A stretch of DNA of 64,000 nt from Bacteroidales bacterium (GTDB taxonomy: Bacteria > Bacteroidota > Bacteroidia > Bacteroidales > VadinHA17): NCBI GenBank assembly GCA_036743455.1, contig DAINPM010000006.1, positions 11,187-75,186 of the forward strand, read 5' to 3'. The notes beneath the pieces were generated by a model. It worked only from the letters and a program-made list of their open reading frames with translations. It made no database searches and had not been told where the DNA came from. This document shows positions 17,698-27,740 of the stretch, piece after piece (position 1 is the stretch's first letter; each line of letters begins with the position of its first letter). Position numbers and translations under genes: made by a program.

Positions 17698-19686
17698 ATG
17701 ATGTATAAAAGGTTTCTTTTTTCAGTAATCATTTTTTTACTTTCAATAACTCTTTATGGTCAGATTTTTGATCCTGTATCGTGGGCTTTCAGCTTTGAGA
17801 AAACAGGGGAGAATCGGTATGAACTTATTATCACAGCGTCTGTTGAAGAAGGTTCTCATATCTATTCGATGGATATTCCTCAAGGAGGACCAATACCAAC
17901 CACAATTAGCATTGAAGCTTCAGGAGATTTTACTACTGAAGGCGAAGCCTGGGAGCTAACAGAGCCCGAAGAACTTTTTGATGAAGCTTTCGGAATGAAT
18001 ATAAAATCATTCAGTGAAAAAGCAGAATTCAGACAAAAAATTATTTCTGAAAAACAATCTTTTTCTGTTAGCGGAATTGTTAATTATATGGCCTGTAACA
18101 ATACCACCTGTTCTCCTCCCAAAGACGTGGAATTCAGTATAAACATCTCAGGCCGTGCTAGTGAGGATGACAATATTATTGCTGCACAGGAAACAAAAAA
18201 AACTTCCTTTGGAGGAAAAGGATTGCTGGCTTTTTTCCTTATTTCTCTGCTTGCCGGTTTTGCAGGGATACTGACACCCTGTGTCTTTCCAATGATACCC
18301 ATGACAGTTGCTTTCTTTTCATCAGGATCAGAACATAAAAGAGATTCTTTTTTCCAGGCACTGATTTTTGGTTTCTCTATTGTAGCTATTTATTCTTCTC
18401 TGGGTTTGATAGTATCACTCACCAGTGCCGGCGCAGGATTTGCTTCAGCACTGAGTACTCACTGGATACCAAATCTGATATTTTTTGCTCTTTTTGTCGT
18501 ATTTGCTGCATCCTTTCTTGGAGCTTTTGAAATAGTCCTTCCTTCAAAATGGGTGACTGCTTCTGATAACCGTGTAGACCGGGGCGGTATACTGGCTTCT
18601 TTTTTCCTTGGACTAACCACTGTTATTGTTTCATTTTCATGTACCGGACCAATAGTAGGGGCACTTCTTGTAGAGGCAGCATCCGGTGATGTTTTGAAAC
18701 CTCTGGCAGGAATGTTTGGCTTTGGGGTGGCTTTTGCCCTTCCTTTTACTTTGTTTGCCCTCTTTCCTTCAGTACTCGGCAAAATTCCAAAATCAGGAGG
18801 ATGGCTTAATGCTGTCAAAGTAGTGCTGGGATTCCTGATGCTGGCATTCAGTATGAAATTCCTTTCAACAATCGATGCAGTTTATTCTTTCGGTATAATA
18901 TCAAGAGACATTTTCCTTTCCGTATGGATAGTCCTTTTTTCTCTCCTGGGTTTCTATCTGATGGGAAAGATAAAATTTGCACACGACAGCAATCAGGATC
19001 ATATTGGCGTTTTTCGCTTTTCCCTTGTTATAGTGGTATTCTCTTTTGTTGTTTATTTGATACCCGGCCTTTTTGGTGCCCCACTAAAGGGATTATCTTC
19101 TTTTCTCCCTCCTCAGTCAGATTCATGGATAACAGAAAAACAAACAAATAATACATCATTGACAGATAGTTCTCCGACTGTACTCTTTGCAGATATTACC
19201 TCAAATAGTCAATGTGAAGAACCAAAATATGATGATCTGTTTAAAATGCCTTACGGATTGAACGGATATTTCGACTACGAACAGGGTCTTCAATGTGCAA
19301 AGGAAATCAATAAACCTGCTTTGATATATTTTAAAGGACATGCCTGTGCCAACTGCAAACTTATGGAAGCAAGGGTATGGTCTGACCCGGAAATACTCAG
19401 CAGACTCAGAGAAAATTTTGTAATTATATCCCTTTATGTTGATGACAGAACCCGATTGCCTGAAGATGAATGGTTCGTTTCTGAAATTGACGGAAAGATG
19501 AAAAAAACCATTGGTAAAAAGAATGAAGACATAGAAATATCACTCTATAAAACCAATTCCCTGCCGTTCTATGTAATTGCAGGTCATAATAACCCTGATC
19601 CCCTTAATGAACCCATGACCACAACTATGAATACCGAAGAATATAAAAAATGGCTTGATGAAGGGTTAAAGGCTTTCAACAAATAG
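17698..19686 (+). CDS. dsbD: Protein-disulfide reductase DsbD family
   Basis: N-terminal CNNTTC, transmembrane LTPCVFPMIP and SFSCTGP, thioredoxin CANC. Confidence 0.92.
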   Translation: MMYKRFLFSVIIFLLSITLYGQIFDPVSWAFSFEKTGENRYELIITASVEEGSHIYSMDIPQGGPIPTTISIEASGDFTTEGEAWELTEPEELFDEAFGMNIKSFSEKAEFRQKIISEKQSFSVSGIVNYMACNNTTCSPPKDVEFSINISGRASEDDNIIAAQETKKTSFGGKGLLAFFLISLLAGFAGILTPCVFPMIPMTVAFFSSGSEHKRDSFFQALIFGFSIVAIYSSLGLIVSLTSAGAGFASALSTHWIPNLIFFALFVVFAASFLGAFEIVLPSKWVTASDNRVDRGGILASFFLGLTTVIVSFSCTGPIVGALLVEAASGDVLKPLAGMFGFGVAFALPFTLFALFPSVLGKIPKSGGWLNAVKVVLGFLMLAFSMKFLSTIDAVYSFGIISRDIFLSVWIVLFSLLGFYLMGKIKFAHDSNQDHIGVFRFSLVIVVFSFVVYLIPGLFGAPLKGLSSFLPPQSDSWITEKQTNNTSLTDSSPTVLFADITSNSQCEEPKYDDLFKMPYGLNGYFDYEQGLQCAKEINKPALIYFKGHACANCKLMEARVWSDPEILSRLRENFVIISLYVDDRTRLPEDEWFVSEIDGKMKKTIGKKNEDIEISLYKTNSLPFYVIAGHNNPDPLNEPMTTTMNTEEYKKWLDEGLKAFNK

Positions 19687-19709
19687 AGGATAAGACTGTC
19701 TGATTCCTT

Positions 19710-20804
19710 TTATAGCTCCTGTTTCAGATATATATTTCCCTTTGTGGCATCAATGGTTACATGTGTATTGCCGGGATTATTACCGACAGAACCATATACC
19801 AAAGCTTTTCCCTGCTCATCTTCAGGGTCTTCCCTGGTGAGATCAGAATTCTGTTCAGGGAGTACCAATGAACTGTTCAGATGTTTAATATCCAGATTAT
19901 AAGAGGCTGATCTCTCAAAGACCAGATTTATATCGGTAAATCCTGACTCAAGGTTTATTTTTTCAAAGGTTTTTTCAATGTGATCAGCATTAAAACTACC
20001 GTATCTGGTTTCTAACCCTATTTCTTTTTCAAGAATATCTATACTCATATTGCTGAAATAAGAATCTCCCTTAATGCTGTTTATCCTGCCGGCAAATAAC
20101 TTATCCCTTCTTGATTTAATACTTAGAACCCCGGTATTTTTAAGTTCAAAACGTGATGATACTGAACTAACATTAAGATCGCCGGATTCTTTTATCTCTA
20201 TCTCAGAAAAAGATGCATTGATAGTGGCACTCTCTAAACTGTTTATTGTTGCATCACAGAATGAGAGCTCTATCTTTTCTGCTTTTTTAAGCTTATTTGC
20301 TTTGAATGATCCGTTCTCCAGATCTATAAAAAACACAGAAGTATTGTTATCTATAAATACATCTCCGTATTTATTGTTTATCCTCATATCAAGATAATCC
20401 GGTGCATATATGTTGTAATTTATCTTTATTCTTGATTCATAAGGAATAAGTCTATCGGTCATGCCCTTTATAGTCTCAAGAAAAAAATTAATGTTTTGCA
20501 TGAACTCTGTTTTAATACTAAGTAAGCGGTCTGTTTCTGAAACGTTGATTTCAATCCCGTCAAGAATGTTATGCAGACGTTTCAGGTTTGTTGTGGTCGC
20601 TTCCACTTCTGCATCTATTGATACATAATTCTTATCCCAGGAACTGATATGAATATTCCCGTATTTGTTGACAATTTCCAGTGTGGTATTTCGTGATACA
20701 TTAACTGTATTCTTATAGCTCCTGGTTTCTGTAAAAGACTGACCATTAAGTAAATCCGTGAACAGCAGACAAATAAGTAAAAAGCCTGAAATCTTATAGT
20801 TCAT
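19710..20804 (-). CDS. Exported protein with DUF4097/adhesin-like beta-strand repeats
   Basis: Signal peptide; repeated I.NKYG.V.I / .S.. beta-solenoid-like motifs. Confidence 0.6.
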   Translation of the reverse strand: MNYKISGFLLICLLFTDLLNGQSFTETRSYKNTVNVSRNTTLEIVNKYGNIHISSWDKNYVSIDAEVEATTTNLKRLHNILDGIEINVSETDRLLSIKTEFMQNINFFLETIKGMTDRLIPYESRIKINYNIYAPDYLDMRINNKYGDVFIDNNTSVFFIDLENGSFKANKLKKAEKIELSFCDATINSLESATINASFSEIEIKESGDLNVSSVSSRFELKNTGVLSIKSRRDKLFAGRINSIKGDSYFSNMSIDILEKEIGLETRYGSFNADHIEKTFEKINLESGFTDINLVFERSASYNLDIKHLNSSLVLPEQNSDLTREDPEDEQGKALVYGSVGNNPGNTHVTIDATKGNIYLKQEL

Positions 20805-21336
20805 AGTTATTGTCGGGTTGGTTATCTGTTTTATCTGTCACATTACCCAGAATGTTTTCAAGCAGATCGGTTCTTATCCTGTAATTATTTACCATAGCTT
20901 CAATTACTTCCTCATTATTAATATTATCATGTAAATCATCCTTAAGTTCAACATAGATATTTTCAAGATTCAGGAGGTCATCAGACAGTTCTTTTTTTAT
21001 TTCAGGATGCTTCGATAAGAACGGCAATGCTTTTAAATATAGTTCATTGATCAAAGTATTGTAATATATTTCCGTCTCTGTTATTTTCAGGTCCGTTTTC
21101 TGTTTAATACTGTATCCTGAGTTATAATAATTCAGATATTTCAGACGTTTTTTACCGGTATAATAAAAAGAGGCAGAAGTAATGATTATGACAACGGATG
21201 TAACAGAAAGCCATTTGATTAATTCCTTCCGGCTTCCGTTAAGGTCATCCTTTATTCTTTGCCATATTTCATTCTGATCAGTATTCCTGCCGGGATATTC
21301 TTCATCGGGTTCATTATATCCGCTGATATGGTTCAT
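20794..21336 (-). CDS. Anti-sigma-factor-like single-pass membrane protein
   Basis: EIWQRIK..L N-terminus, one transmembrane helix, C-terminal ELK..L..N.NNEEVIEAMVNNYRIR..LLE. Confidence 0.55.
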   Translation of the reverse strand: MNHISGYNEPDEEYPGRNTDQNEIWQRIKDDLNGSRKELIKWLSVTSVVIIITSASFYYTGKKRLKYLNYYNSGYSIKQKTDLKITETEIYYNTLINELYLKALPFLSKHPEIKKELSDDLLNLENIYVELKDDLHDNINNEEVIEAMVNNYRIRTDLLENILGNVTDKTDNQPDNNYEL

Positions 21337-21630
21337 TGTATAATTTTTTGACTCTATTCTCAGTATATACCGTCGGGGAAATATATTTTCCGCAGTTAAT
21401 CAGGTCTGGTCATATCCACAATAAACATTTTCAATTTAATCTTCAGCTGGCAAAGATCTTTCCCGGGAATTTATTCACTTCTTTTCCGAATGAAGATTCG
21501 CCACAGTTATATATCTCTTCATCTACTATAACCGGCTGCTTATGAAAATGGTCCGGCTATAATTGTTAATTGATAAAAATAAGCATATTTTTACATTTAA
21601 TAGCGGGTTGATTAAAGCAACTGTTAAATA

Positions 21631-22116
21631 ATGAAGCAATATATTGTATTTTTTATTACAATCATTTTAACATTACCTGTCATAGCACAGCAGAGGAATC
21701 AGCAGGATGTAATATCCAGTGCAGGATCTTTTGATTCGGCTCCCGGAATTAGTTTAAGCTGGACTCTTGGGGAGACTTTCATTCCTACATTTCATTCATC
21801 AGATATAATTGTATCTCATGGTTTCCAGCAACAACTTGTTGTTACAGTGGTAGGGGAGGAAATTGAGTTTTTGGCCGATGTAACTGTTTATCCCAATCCG
21901 GCCAGTGACATAATAAAAATACGTTTTGCTACACCACCGGAAGAATGTATTTCTTTAAGTCTTTTTAATTCTGGGGGGAAGCTGATTATAACGGATTTTA
22001 TTGAAGCATTCATTCCGGAAAAACATCTTGACATGCACGATCTTTCAGCTGGTATTTATTATCTGAAACTCACCGGTGGTGCCCTGAGTAACATATATAA
22101 AGTTGTAAAACTTTAA
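21631..22116 (+). CDS. Small exported protein with a type-A T9SS sorting domain
   Basis: Signal peptide, SLSWTLGE..HGFQQ, VYPNPA and LSAGIYYLKL..YKVVKL. Confidence 0.85.
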   Translation: MKQYIVFFITIILTLPVIAQQRNQQDVISSAGSFDSAPGISLSWTLGETFIPTFHSSDIIVSHGFQQQLVVTVVGEEIEFLADVTVYPNPASDIIKIRFATPPEECISLSLFNSGGKLIITDFIEAFIPEKHLDMHDLSAGIYYLKLTGGALSNIYKVVKL

Positions 22117-22161
22117 AGAAGCTTTTTTGTTAGAAAGCAATTTTCCATTCTTTTCATGGCT

Positions 22162-22197
22162 GCCCCTTTCTGCCAGTTGGCCGAAAGGGGCTTTTAT
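22162..22197 (+). terminator. Rho-independent terminator
   Basis: GCCCCTTTC ... GAAAGGGGC stem followed by TTTTAT. Confidence 0.75.
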
Positions 22198-22234
22198 CCT
22201 CATGGTAAATTATTAAAATATTAGGGAAAGGTCC

Positions 22235-22242
22235 TATATTTG
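22235..22242 (+). promoter_or_regulatory. -7 promoter element TATATTTG
   Basis: Exact match upstream of 22282. Confidence 0.55.
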
Positions 22243-22281
22243 TTTATGTGAAATGAATATTGGCCTGGAATAATCTATATC

Positions 22282-24459
22282 ATGAATAAAATCATTATTA
22301 AGACAGTTATTATCATCTGCAGTTTTTTTTATGCTGAAAATTCGAATGCTTTATTGAGTGCAGGTACTGACTCTGTTGAAGACGGGAGGAAAGTCCTCTC
22401 TTCAGTCTTTACTTCCGGGATTATCACGACAGACGGTATAGTTGAAGAAGAATGGGAGAGGGCTGATCCCTCACATATTGGAATTGCTATGAAGGCTGAT
22501 CTTTCGGAACCGGCAGAGGGATGCTCAACATATGGCCGGGTACGTTCAATGTGGAACGGAGCTTATTTATATATCCTTGTGGAAGTTACAGATGCTGACA
22601 TTACTGCTGAGGGCAGATGGCCGGGAGATCAGGATGGAGTGGAGATATTTTTCGATCTTTTCAATGATAAATTTCCCAAGTTTGAGGAAGATGATGCCAT
22701 AATGAGGATCAACTGCAAAGGCATTCTTAGCGGAAGTGGTAATTATACGGAGCGCTTAAGACACTACGCAGTGTCGGGTGTTTATGATGATTCGGGGGCA
22801 CAGAAAGGTTACCTTGTTGAAGCAGCTATTGCTACAGGTGGTATTACAGCGAAGAATGGTTCCTCATCAGGTATTGAAATATGTATTAACGATGCAGAAT
22901 CTTCTTCCGGAAGGTGCAGATACAAAATTTTCTGGAACAGTGGTAAAAACAGGGGTATAGATGATAATTCAATGTGGGGAGATGTTGTTCTGACAGCTCA
23001 TGACGAAAGTATTCCTCTGGCACCTGATACTTATATGCTGGAGATGAATATAAAAAAGGCTGAAGCTCTTACCAGAGGTATATGGACAGATGAAAAGAAT
23101 CTGGAAAGAGCTTTAAAAAGAGCCGTTAAAAAGTCAGGATCAGGTCGTCAGAAACGGATTGATGCTGTTAATGGAGCACTTGAGGAAGCTATAAAATCCT
23201 TGCGAAGGAAAGGTAAATATCCTGATCCTTTTACTTTCATGGATGGGAGAAAGGTTAAGTCTCATGATGATTGGGAATTACGACGTGAAGAAATAAAAGA
23301 CCTTGTACAATATTATGAATATGGTTATATGCCATCTCCTCCTGAACAGGTGATGTCGGTGGCAGATGGTTCCCTTCTCAGGATCACTGTTACAGATAAG
23401 GGCAGAAGTGCCTCCTTTAACACTATGTTGTCTGTTCCTGTCGCTGAACAATGTGGCAGGAGCGGCCCCTATCCTGTAATTGTAAGCATTGATTTCAGGG
23501 CTGCTCCGGGGAATGCTGTTTATCTTGACAAGGGATATGCTGTTCTCAGTATATCATATTCCGATGTGGCAAGTGATAATTACGAGCATAAAGGAGCTTT
23601 TTATTCTCTTTATCCCTATGATGTAAGCACAGGAAATGATGCCGGTACTCTTCTTGCCTGGGCATGGGGAGCGAGCAGGGCAGTTGACGGTCTGATGCAT
23701 CTTGCCGGAAGTGATCCGTCTTTTGCAAATATTTTCGATTTTGACAGGATAGCTGTAACAGGCTTTTCCCGTTGCGGTAAGGCAGCACTGGTAGCAGGTC
23801 TGCTGGACGAGCGTTTCGGAGTAGTTAATCCCGGTGCCTCAGGCTGTGGTGGAGTTGCTGTATACAGGTATGACTCCTTCGGTAATACACCTTATCGCCA
23901 GGCTCCTTTTGGAAATGTATATGCATGGGGAAAATCGACAGGATGTGAAGTGCTTGGCGACCGGATAAGACATCAGGGACATAATGCCAACGAGATGCTG
24001 GCCCGTTTTCTCAATCATGGCCGTGTATATAAAACCAATACAACAGGTTATGGTGAGCGTATGCCTTATGACCACCATGAGATACTGGCAGCCATCGCTC
24101 CAAGAGCTGTAATAATAACCACAGCAGATGATGACTATGCCAACGGAGCAGAAGGAGATTGTATAAGTATCGAAGGAGCCAGACCAGTTTATCAGTTTTT
24201 AGGTGCTGACCAGAATATTGTTCTTAACATCCGCACAACAGATCCCTCTGGTCCGCCTGTCCCCGGAGGAGGACACAGGCTTGACAAAGAACAGATGAAT
24301 AACCTCGTCGGTTTTTGCGATATGGTCTTTTATGGGAAACAACTGACTGCAGGACAGAAAGCAAAATTCTATTCAAATCCATATTTCCCGACATTCCGGG
24401 AATACTATGGCGGACTTGAAAAAATGATGCCGTGGATCAATGATGTGCCTTATCAATGA
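22282..24459 (+). CDS. Secreted CE15 glucuronoyl-esterase-like protein with an N-terminal CBM9-like domain
   Basis: W..AYLYILVEVTD..DGVEIFFD (CBM9-like); PDPFTFMDGRKV..W..RR.EI, AWAWGASRAVD, nucleophile motif GFSRCGK and DHHE.LA.IAPR (CE15). Confidence 0.82.
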   Translation: MNKIIIKTVIIICSFFYAENSNALLSAGTDSVEDGRKVLSSVFTSGIITTDGIVEEEWERADPSHIGIAMKADLSEPAEGCSTYGRVRSMWNGAYLYILVEVTDADITAEGRWPGDQDGVEIFFDLFNDKFPKFEEDDAIMRINCKGILSGSGNYTERLRHYAVSGVYDDSGAQKGYLVEAAIATGGITAKNGSSSGIEICINDAESSSGRCRYKIFWNSGKNRGIDDNSMWGDVVLTAHDESIPLAPDTYMLEMNIKKAEALTRGIWTDEKNLERALKRAVKKSGSGRQKRIDAVNGALEEAIKSLRRKGKYPDPFTFMDGRKVKSHDDWELRREEIKDLVQYYEYGYMPSPPEQVMSVADGSLLRITVTDKGRSASFNTMLSVPVAEQCGRSGPYPVIVSIDFRAAPGNAVYLDKGYAVLSISYSDVASDNYEHKGAFYSLYPYDVSTGNDAGTLLAWAWGASRAVDGLMHLAGSDPSFANIFDFDRIAVTGFSRCGKAALVAGLLDERFGVVNPGASGCGGVAVYRYDSFGNTPYRQAPFGNVYAWGKSTGCEVLGDRIRHQGHNANEMLARFLNHGRVYKTNTTGYGERMPYDHHEILAAIAPRAVIITTADDDYANGAEGDCISIEGARPVYQFLGADQNIVLNIRTTDPSGPPVPGGGHRLDKEQMNNLVGFCDMVFYGKQLTAGQKAKFYSNPYFPTFREYYGGLEKMMPWINDVPYQ

Positions 24460-24613
24460 TTCCGGTTATTGATGAATGACATCTTTTTACAGATTCTGGT
24501 TATATCATAACCTTGTGATGTATATTTATCTGTGTTAATTTAAGTTAAATCGCCGGTACACTATTTTCACGAAAGTCAAAATTATTATATTGCATTGTCC
24601 AAAATGTGAGGTG

Positions 24614-25816
24614 ATGAAGAATTTTATGCTTTTGATAATTATATTGATTCTGGCCTCTTCCTGTGAGACAACCGATAATCAATTATCAAGAAGAGCAAAC
24701 AGGATACATAGGAAATTCCTGACTGTAGATACTCATTGTGACACTCCCTTGAATCTTATGGGAGATGATTTTGAACTGGGAGAGAAAAATGAACTTGGAT
24801 GTGTAGATTTCCCGAGGATGATCGAAGGGGGTCTTGACGCTGAATTTTTTGCTGTGTTCATAGCCCAGGGACCCAGGAATGATTCAGCTTTTAATGAGGC
24901 TCACAGAAGAACGCTTGAGATAATTGATACAATCTATAATAATATAGAAAGGAATTACACGCTGGCTGAACTGGCTTTTTCTCCTGAAGATGTTTATAAA
25001 ATAAAAAAAGAAAAGAAACGGGCGGTATTTATAGGGTTGGAAAATGGGTATCCTATAGGTAAAGACCTGGGACGTATAAGGCATTACTATGATCTGGGAG
25101 TGCGTTATATTACTCTTTGTCATTCGGCAAATAATGATATTTGTGATTCTTCCACTGATCCTAATGGTCCTGAAAGTGACGGCTTATCTGCCTTCGGAGA
25201 AGAAGTGGTTAAAGAAATGAACCGTCTGGGTATGATGATAGATGTGTCCCATATCTCCGATAAGTCTTTTTATGATGTAATTGCTATATCAGAAGCTCCC
25301 GTTATAGCTTCACATTCTTCCTGCCGGGCCCTTTGTTCAAGTCCCAGGAATCTCTCGGACGATATGCTTCAGGCCCTCAAGTCTAACGGAGGTGTTATAC
25401 AGATATGTATACTGAGTAATTATATTAAGTCACCGGAACCTAATCCTGAACTTGAATTGAAGCTGAGTGAACTTGTTGACAGATACGGTGATCCTGACAG
25501 TCTGGCGGAAGAGGATATTGAGAACTACAAGAAAGAAAGACTTGAAATTTATGATAAATACAAGCGACTGGCTACTGTGTCGGATGTTGTTGATCATATT
25601 GATCATGCCGTTCAGGTTGTGGGTGTCGATCATGTCGGTATAGGAACTGATTTTGACGGAGGAGGAGGAGTTGATGGTTGCAGGTCAGTTGCCGAAATGA
25701 AGAATATCACTATTGAACTTTTAAGAAGGGGATATACCAGACAAGAGATAAAAAAGATATGGAGTGGAAATTTGATCAGAGTCTTTAATGAGGTTCAGGC
25801 TCTGGCAAAGGAATAG
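24614..25816 (+). CDS. Membrane dipeptidase (M19), lipoprotein
   Basis: Lipobox LASSC, DTHCD, GLENG, DVSH, ASHS and GTDFDG. Start moved to the ATG at 24614. Confidence 0.92.
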   Translation: MKNFMLLIIILILASSCETTDNQLSRRANRIHRKFLTVDTHCDTPLNLMGDDFELGEKNELGCVDFPRMIEGGLDAEFFAVFIAQGPRNDSAFNEAHRRTLEIIDTIYNNIERNYTLAELAFSPEDVYKIKKEKKRAVFIGLENGYPIGKDLGRIRHYYDLGVRYITLCHSANNDICDSSTDPNGPESDGLSAFGEEVVKEMNRLGMMIDVSHISDKSFYDVIAISEAPVIASHSSCRALCSSPRNLSDDMLQALKSNGGVIQICILSNYIKSPEPNPELELKLSELVDRYGDPDSLAEEDIENYKKERLEIYDKYKRLATVSDVVDHIDHAVQVVGVDHVGIGTDFDGGGGVDGCRSVAEMKNITIELLRRGYTRQEIKKIWSGNLIRVFNEVQALAKE

Positions 25817-25845
25817 TATTGCAGTTCTTGTTATGCTTAAATAAT

Positions 25846-26922
25846 TTATAGTCTGACACGCGAAAATCTGAGAGTTTTCAGTATCCAGGAGGGCAGAGGG
25901 AGTGGTTTTCTCTTACGGAGGTCGATATACCAGCCAATTTTTTTCAATACCGGGACTTTGTGTGTTTCCACAAATTCTATTAATGTTCCGTCGGGGTCCT
26001 CTATATAGGAGAAATGTCCTGCTGCTTCGCCCATATCAAAACTGTTTCCTTTATGGCTTTGTTTACTGTCGACAGTGAAAGAAAAATCTTTATTTGCACA
26101 GTAAGTTCTGAGTGCATCCATTCCATTTATGTCGAAGCAGATGTGTATGAAACCCGGGTCTCCCCAGAAGCGTCCCTCCAGAACTTTTTTTCCTTGTTTT
26201 TCAAGAGGACTTATCAGTTCTATATTACTCTGTCCGAAGACTCTGCTGAATGGACCGGTAAAGGGCTTTGAAGATCTGAGCAGCACCCTGCGGAAACTGT
26301 TTTTACCTCCGGGCAGATTTTGAAGGTCAGGGAAGACTCCGGAAGAATCATAAACAACTTCATCATACCCCAGAATGTCAGAGTAGACTGTTCTGGCTTT
26401 CTCAATATCAGATACGCCAATAATTACGCCGTAGGATCCGCCTGTTATCTTTTTTTCATCCATAAACCATTTGTCTCCAGGGACTATCTGGAAGATATTT
26501 CCAAAAGGGTCTTTCATGAAGAAGTTCATGTTTCCGGATGGATCAGCAGCCGGCTCATTTAATATGGCCTGGCCATTCTTACTGAAGAGCGAATATGCCT
26601 GACCGACATTTTTAACTTTCATCTTACAGGCCAGGATACCTTTGTCGCCAAGTTGTATTTCTTCGTCAATCATCTTAGGTTCTCTGCCTTTATACTGCCA
26701 TATCTCGAATCCTCCTCCACTCTGCAGATTGATCGCCAGAACAGCATGCCTGCTCCTTGCCTCACCTCCGGTATACGGTAACATAAGTCTGGCTTCAGAT
26801 TTATCTTCAAAGATCCGGCAGTCCATGCCGAAATTTTGAATATACCATCTCCATGCTTCTGTAAGATCTTTCACTCCGATACCTACTTGTTGTATCCCGC
26901 AGATATTATATCCTTTATCCAT
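25846..26922 (-). CDS. VOC/glyoxalase family protein with tandem domains
   Basis: GIQQVGIGV, FFMKDPFGNIFQIV, GFIHICFD and YIEDPDGTLIEFVE. Confidence 0.85.
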   Translation of the reverse strand: MDKGYNICGIQQVGIGVKDLTEAWRWYIQNFGMDCRIFEDKSEARLMLPYTGGEARSRHAVLAINLQSGGGFEIWQYKGREPKMIDEEIQLGDKGILACKMKVKNVGQAYSLFSKNGQAILNEPAADPSGNMNFFMKDPFGNIFQIVPGDKWFMDEKKITGGSYGVIIGVSDIEKARTVYSDILGYDEVVYDSSGVFPDLQNLPGGKNSFRRVLLRSSKPFTGPFSRVFGQSNIELISPLEKQGKKVLEGRFWGDPGFIHICFDINGMDALRTYCANKDFSFTVDSKQSHKGNSFDMGEAAGHFSYIEDPDGTLIEFVETHKVPVLKKIGWYIDLRKRKPLPLPSWILKTLRFSRVRL

Positions 26923-26930
26923 TATTTTGC

Positions 26931-27740
26931 TTATGTTGGTTTAACTTTGTCTGCTATCCTGAAGAAAAGCCACGGACACAATCTCCGTATATGTAATAAA
27001 AATAATTCTTTTCCTCCTACCAGGATCTCTTTTTTATTGTTCATTATACCTTTTATAATTCTCCGGGCTGCTTTTTCCGGACTTATACCACCGGCCAGTC
27101 CCTCATCCATCTGTCCGGTTTCTTTGCCTTCTGCATTGAGAGCATGAAGTGAGATATTTGTTCTTACCCTTCCGGGGATGATTACTGATACCCTGATGTT
27201 ATATTTTTTATTCTCCAAAAACACTGTTTCAAAGAATCCGTGAAGAGCCTGTTTTGAAGCTGAATAAGCTGATCTTAGAGGAAATCCGAATCTGCCTGAT
27301 ATACTGCTTGTTGCCACTAAGTGACCTGATCTCTGTTTCATCATGTGTACAAGTACCGCCTTGGTCAGTGCTATTGTCCCGAAATAGTTTATCTCAAATA
27401 TCTTTCTGTCAAGCCATAAAGGCGTTTCCTCAACCCGCGATCTCTGGCTTATACCTCCTATATTCAGCAGATAATCGATCTTGCCCAGATTCTTTATTTG
27501 TTCATCCACCAGGGCAGTAATATCAGATGTGTCAGCAAGGTCGAAAGGAGCAATGAAAACTCTTGACGACTCACTGCCGCAGGCAGCCATGACTCTTCCG
27601 AGGCCCTGAATGTCATTTGAAGATATTATAACATTGGCTCCTGCTTTGACAAATTGGTAAACCAGGGCTTCTCCTATACCAGAAGATGCGCCGGTTATCC
27701 AGGCTGTTTTCCCGTTCAGTTTAGCATTTTTACTCATCAT
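26931..27740 (-). CDS. Short-chain dehydrogenase/reductase
   Basis: TGASSGIG, NIGG and catalytic YSASK. Confidence 0.92.
   Translation of the reverse strand: MMSKNAKLNGKTAWITGASSGIGEALVYQFVKAGANVIISSNDIQGLGRVMAACGSESSRVFIAPFDLADTSDITALVDEQIKNLGKIDYLLNIGGISQRSRVEETPLWLDRKIFEINYFGTIALTKAVLVHMMKQRSGHLVATSSISGRFGFPLRSAYSASKQALHGFFETVFLENKKYNIRVSVIIPGRVRTNISLHALNAEGKETGQMDEGLAGGISPEKAARRIIKGIMNNKKEILVGGKELFLLHIRRLCPWLFFRIADKVKPT

Noticed and set aside
21336-21545. 69-aa plus-strand ORF, or an ECF sigma pseudogene on the minus strand
   Set aside because: The ORF has no recognisable features, and the minus-strand translations show no sigma region 2 or 4 motifs.
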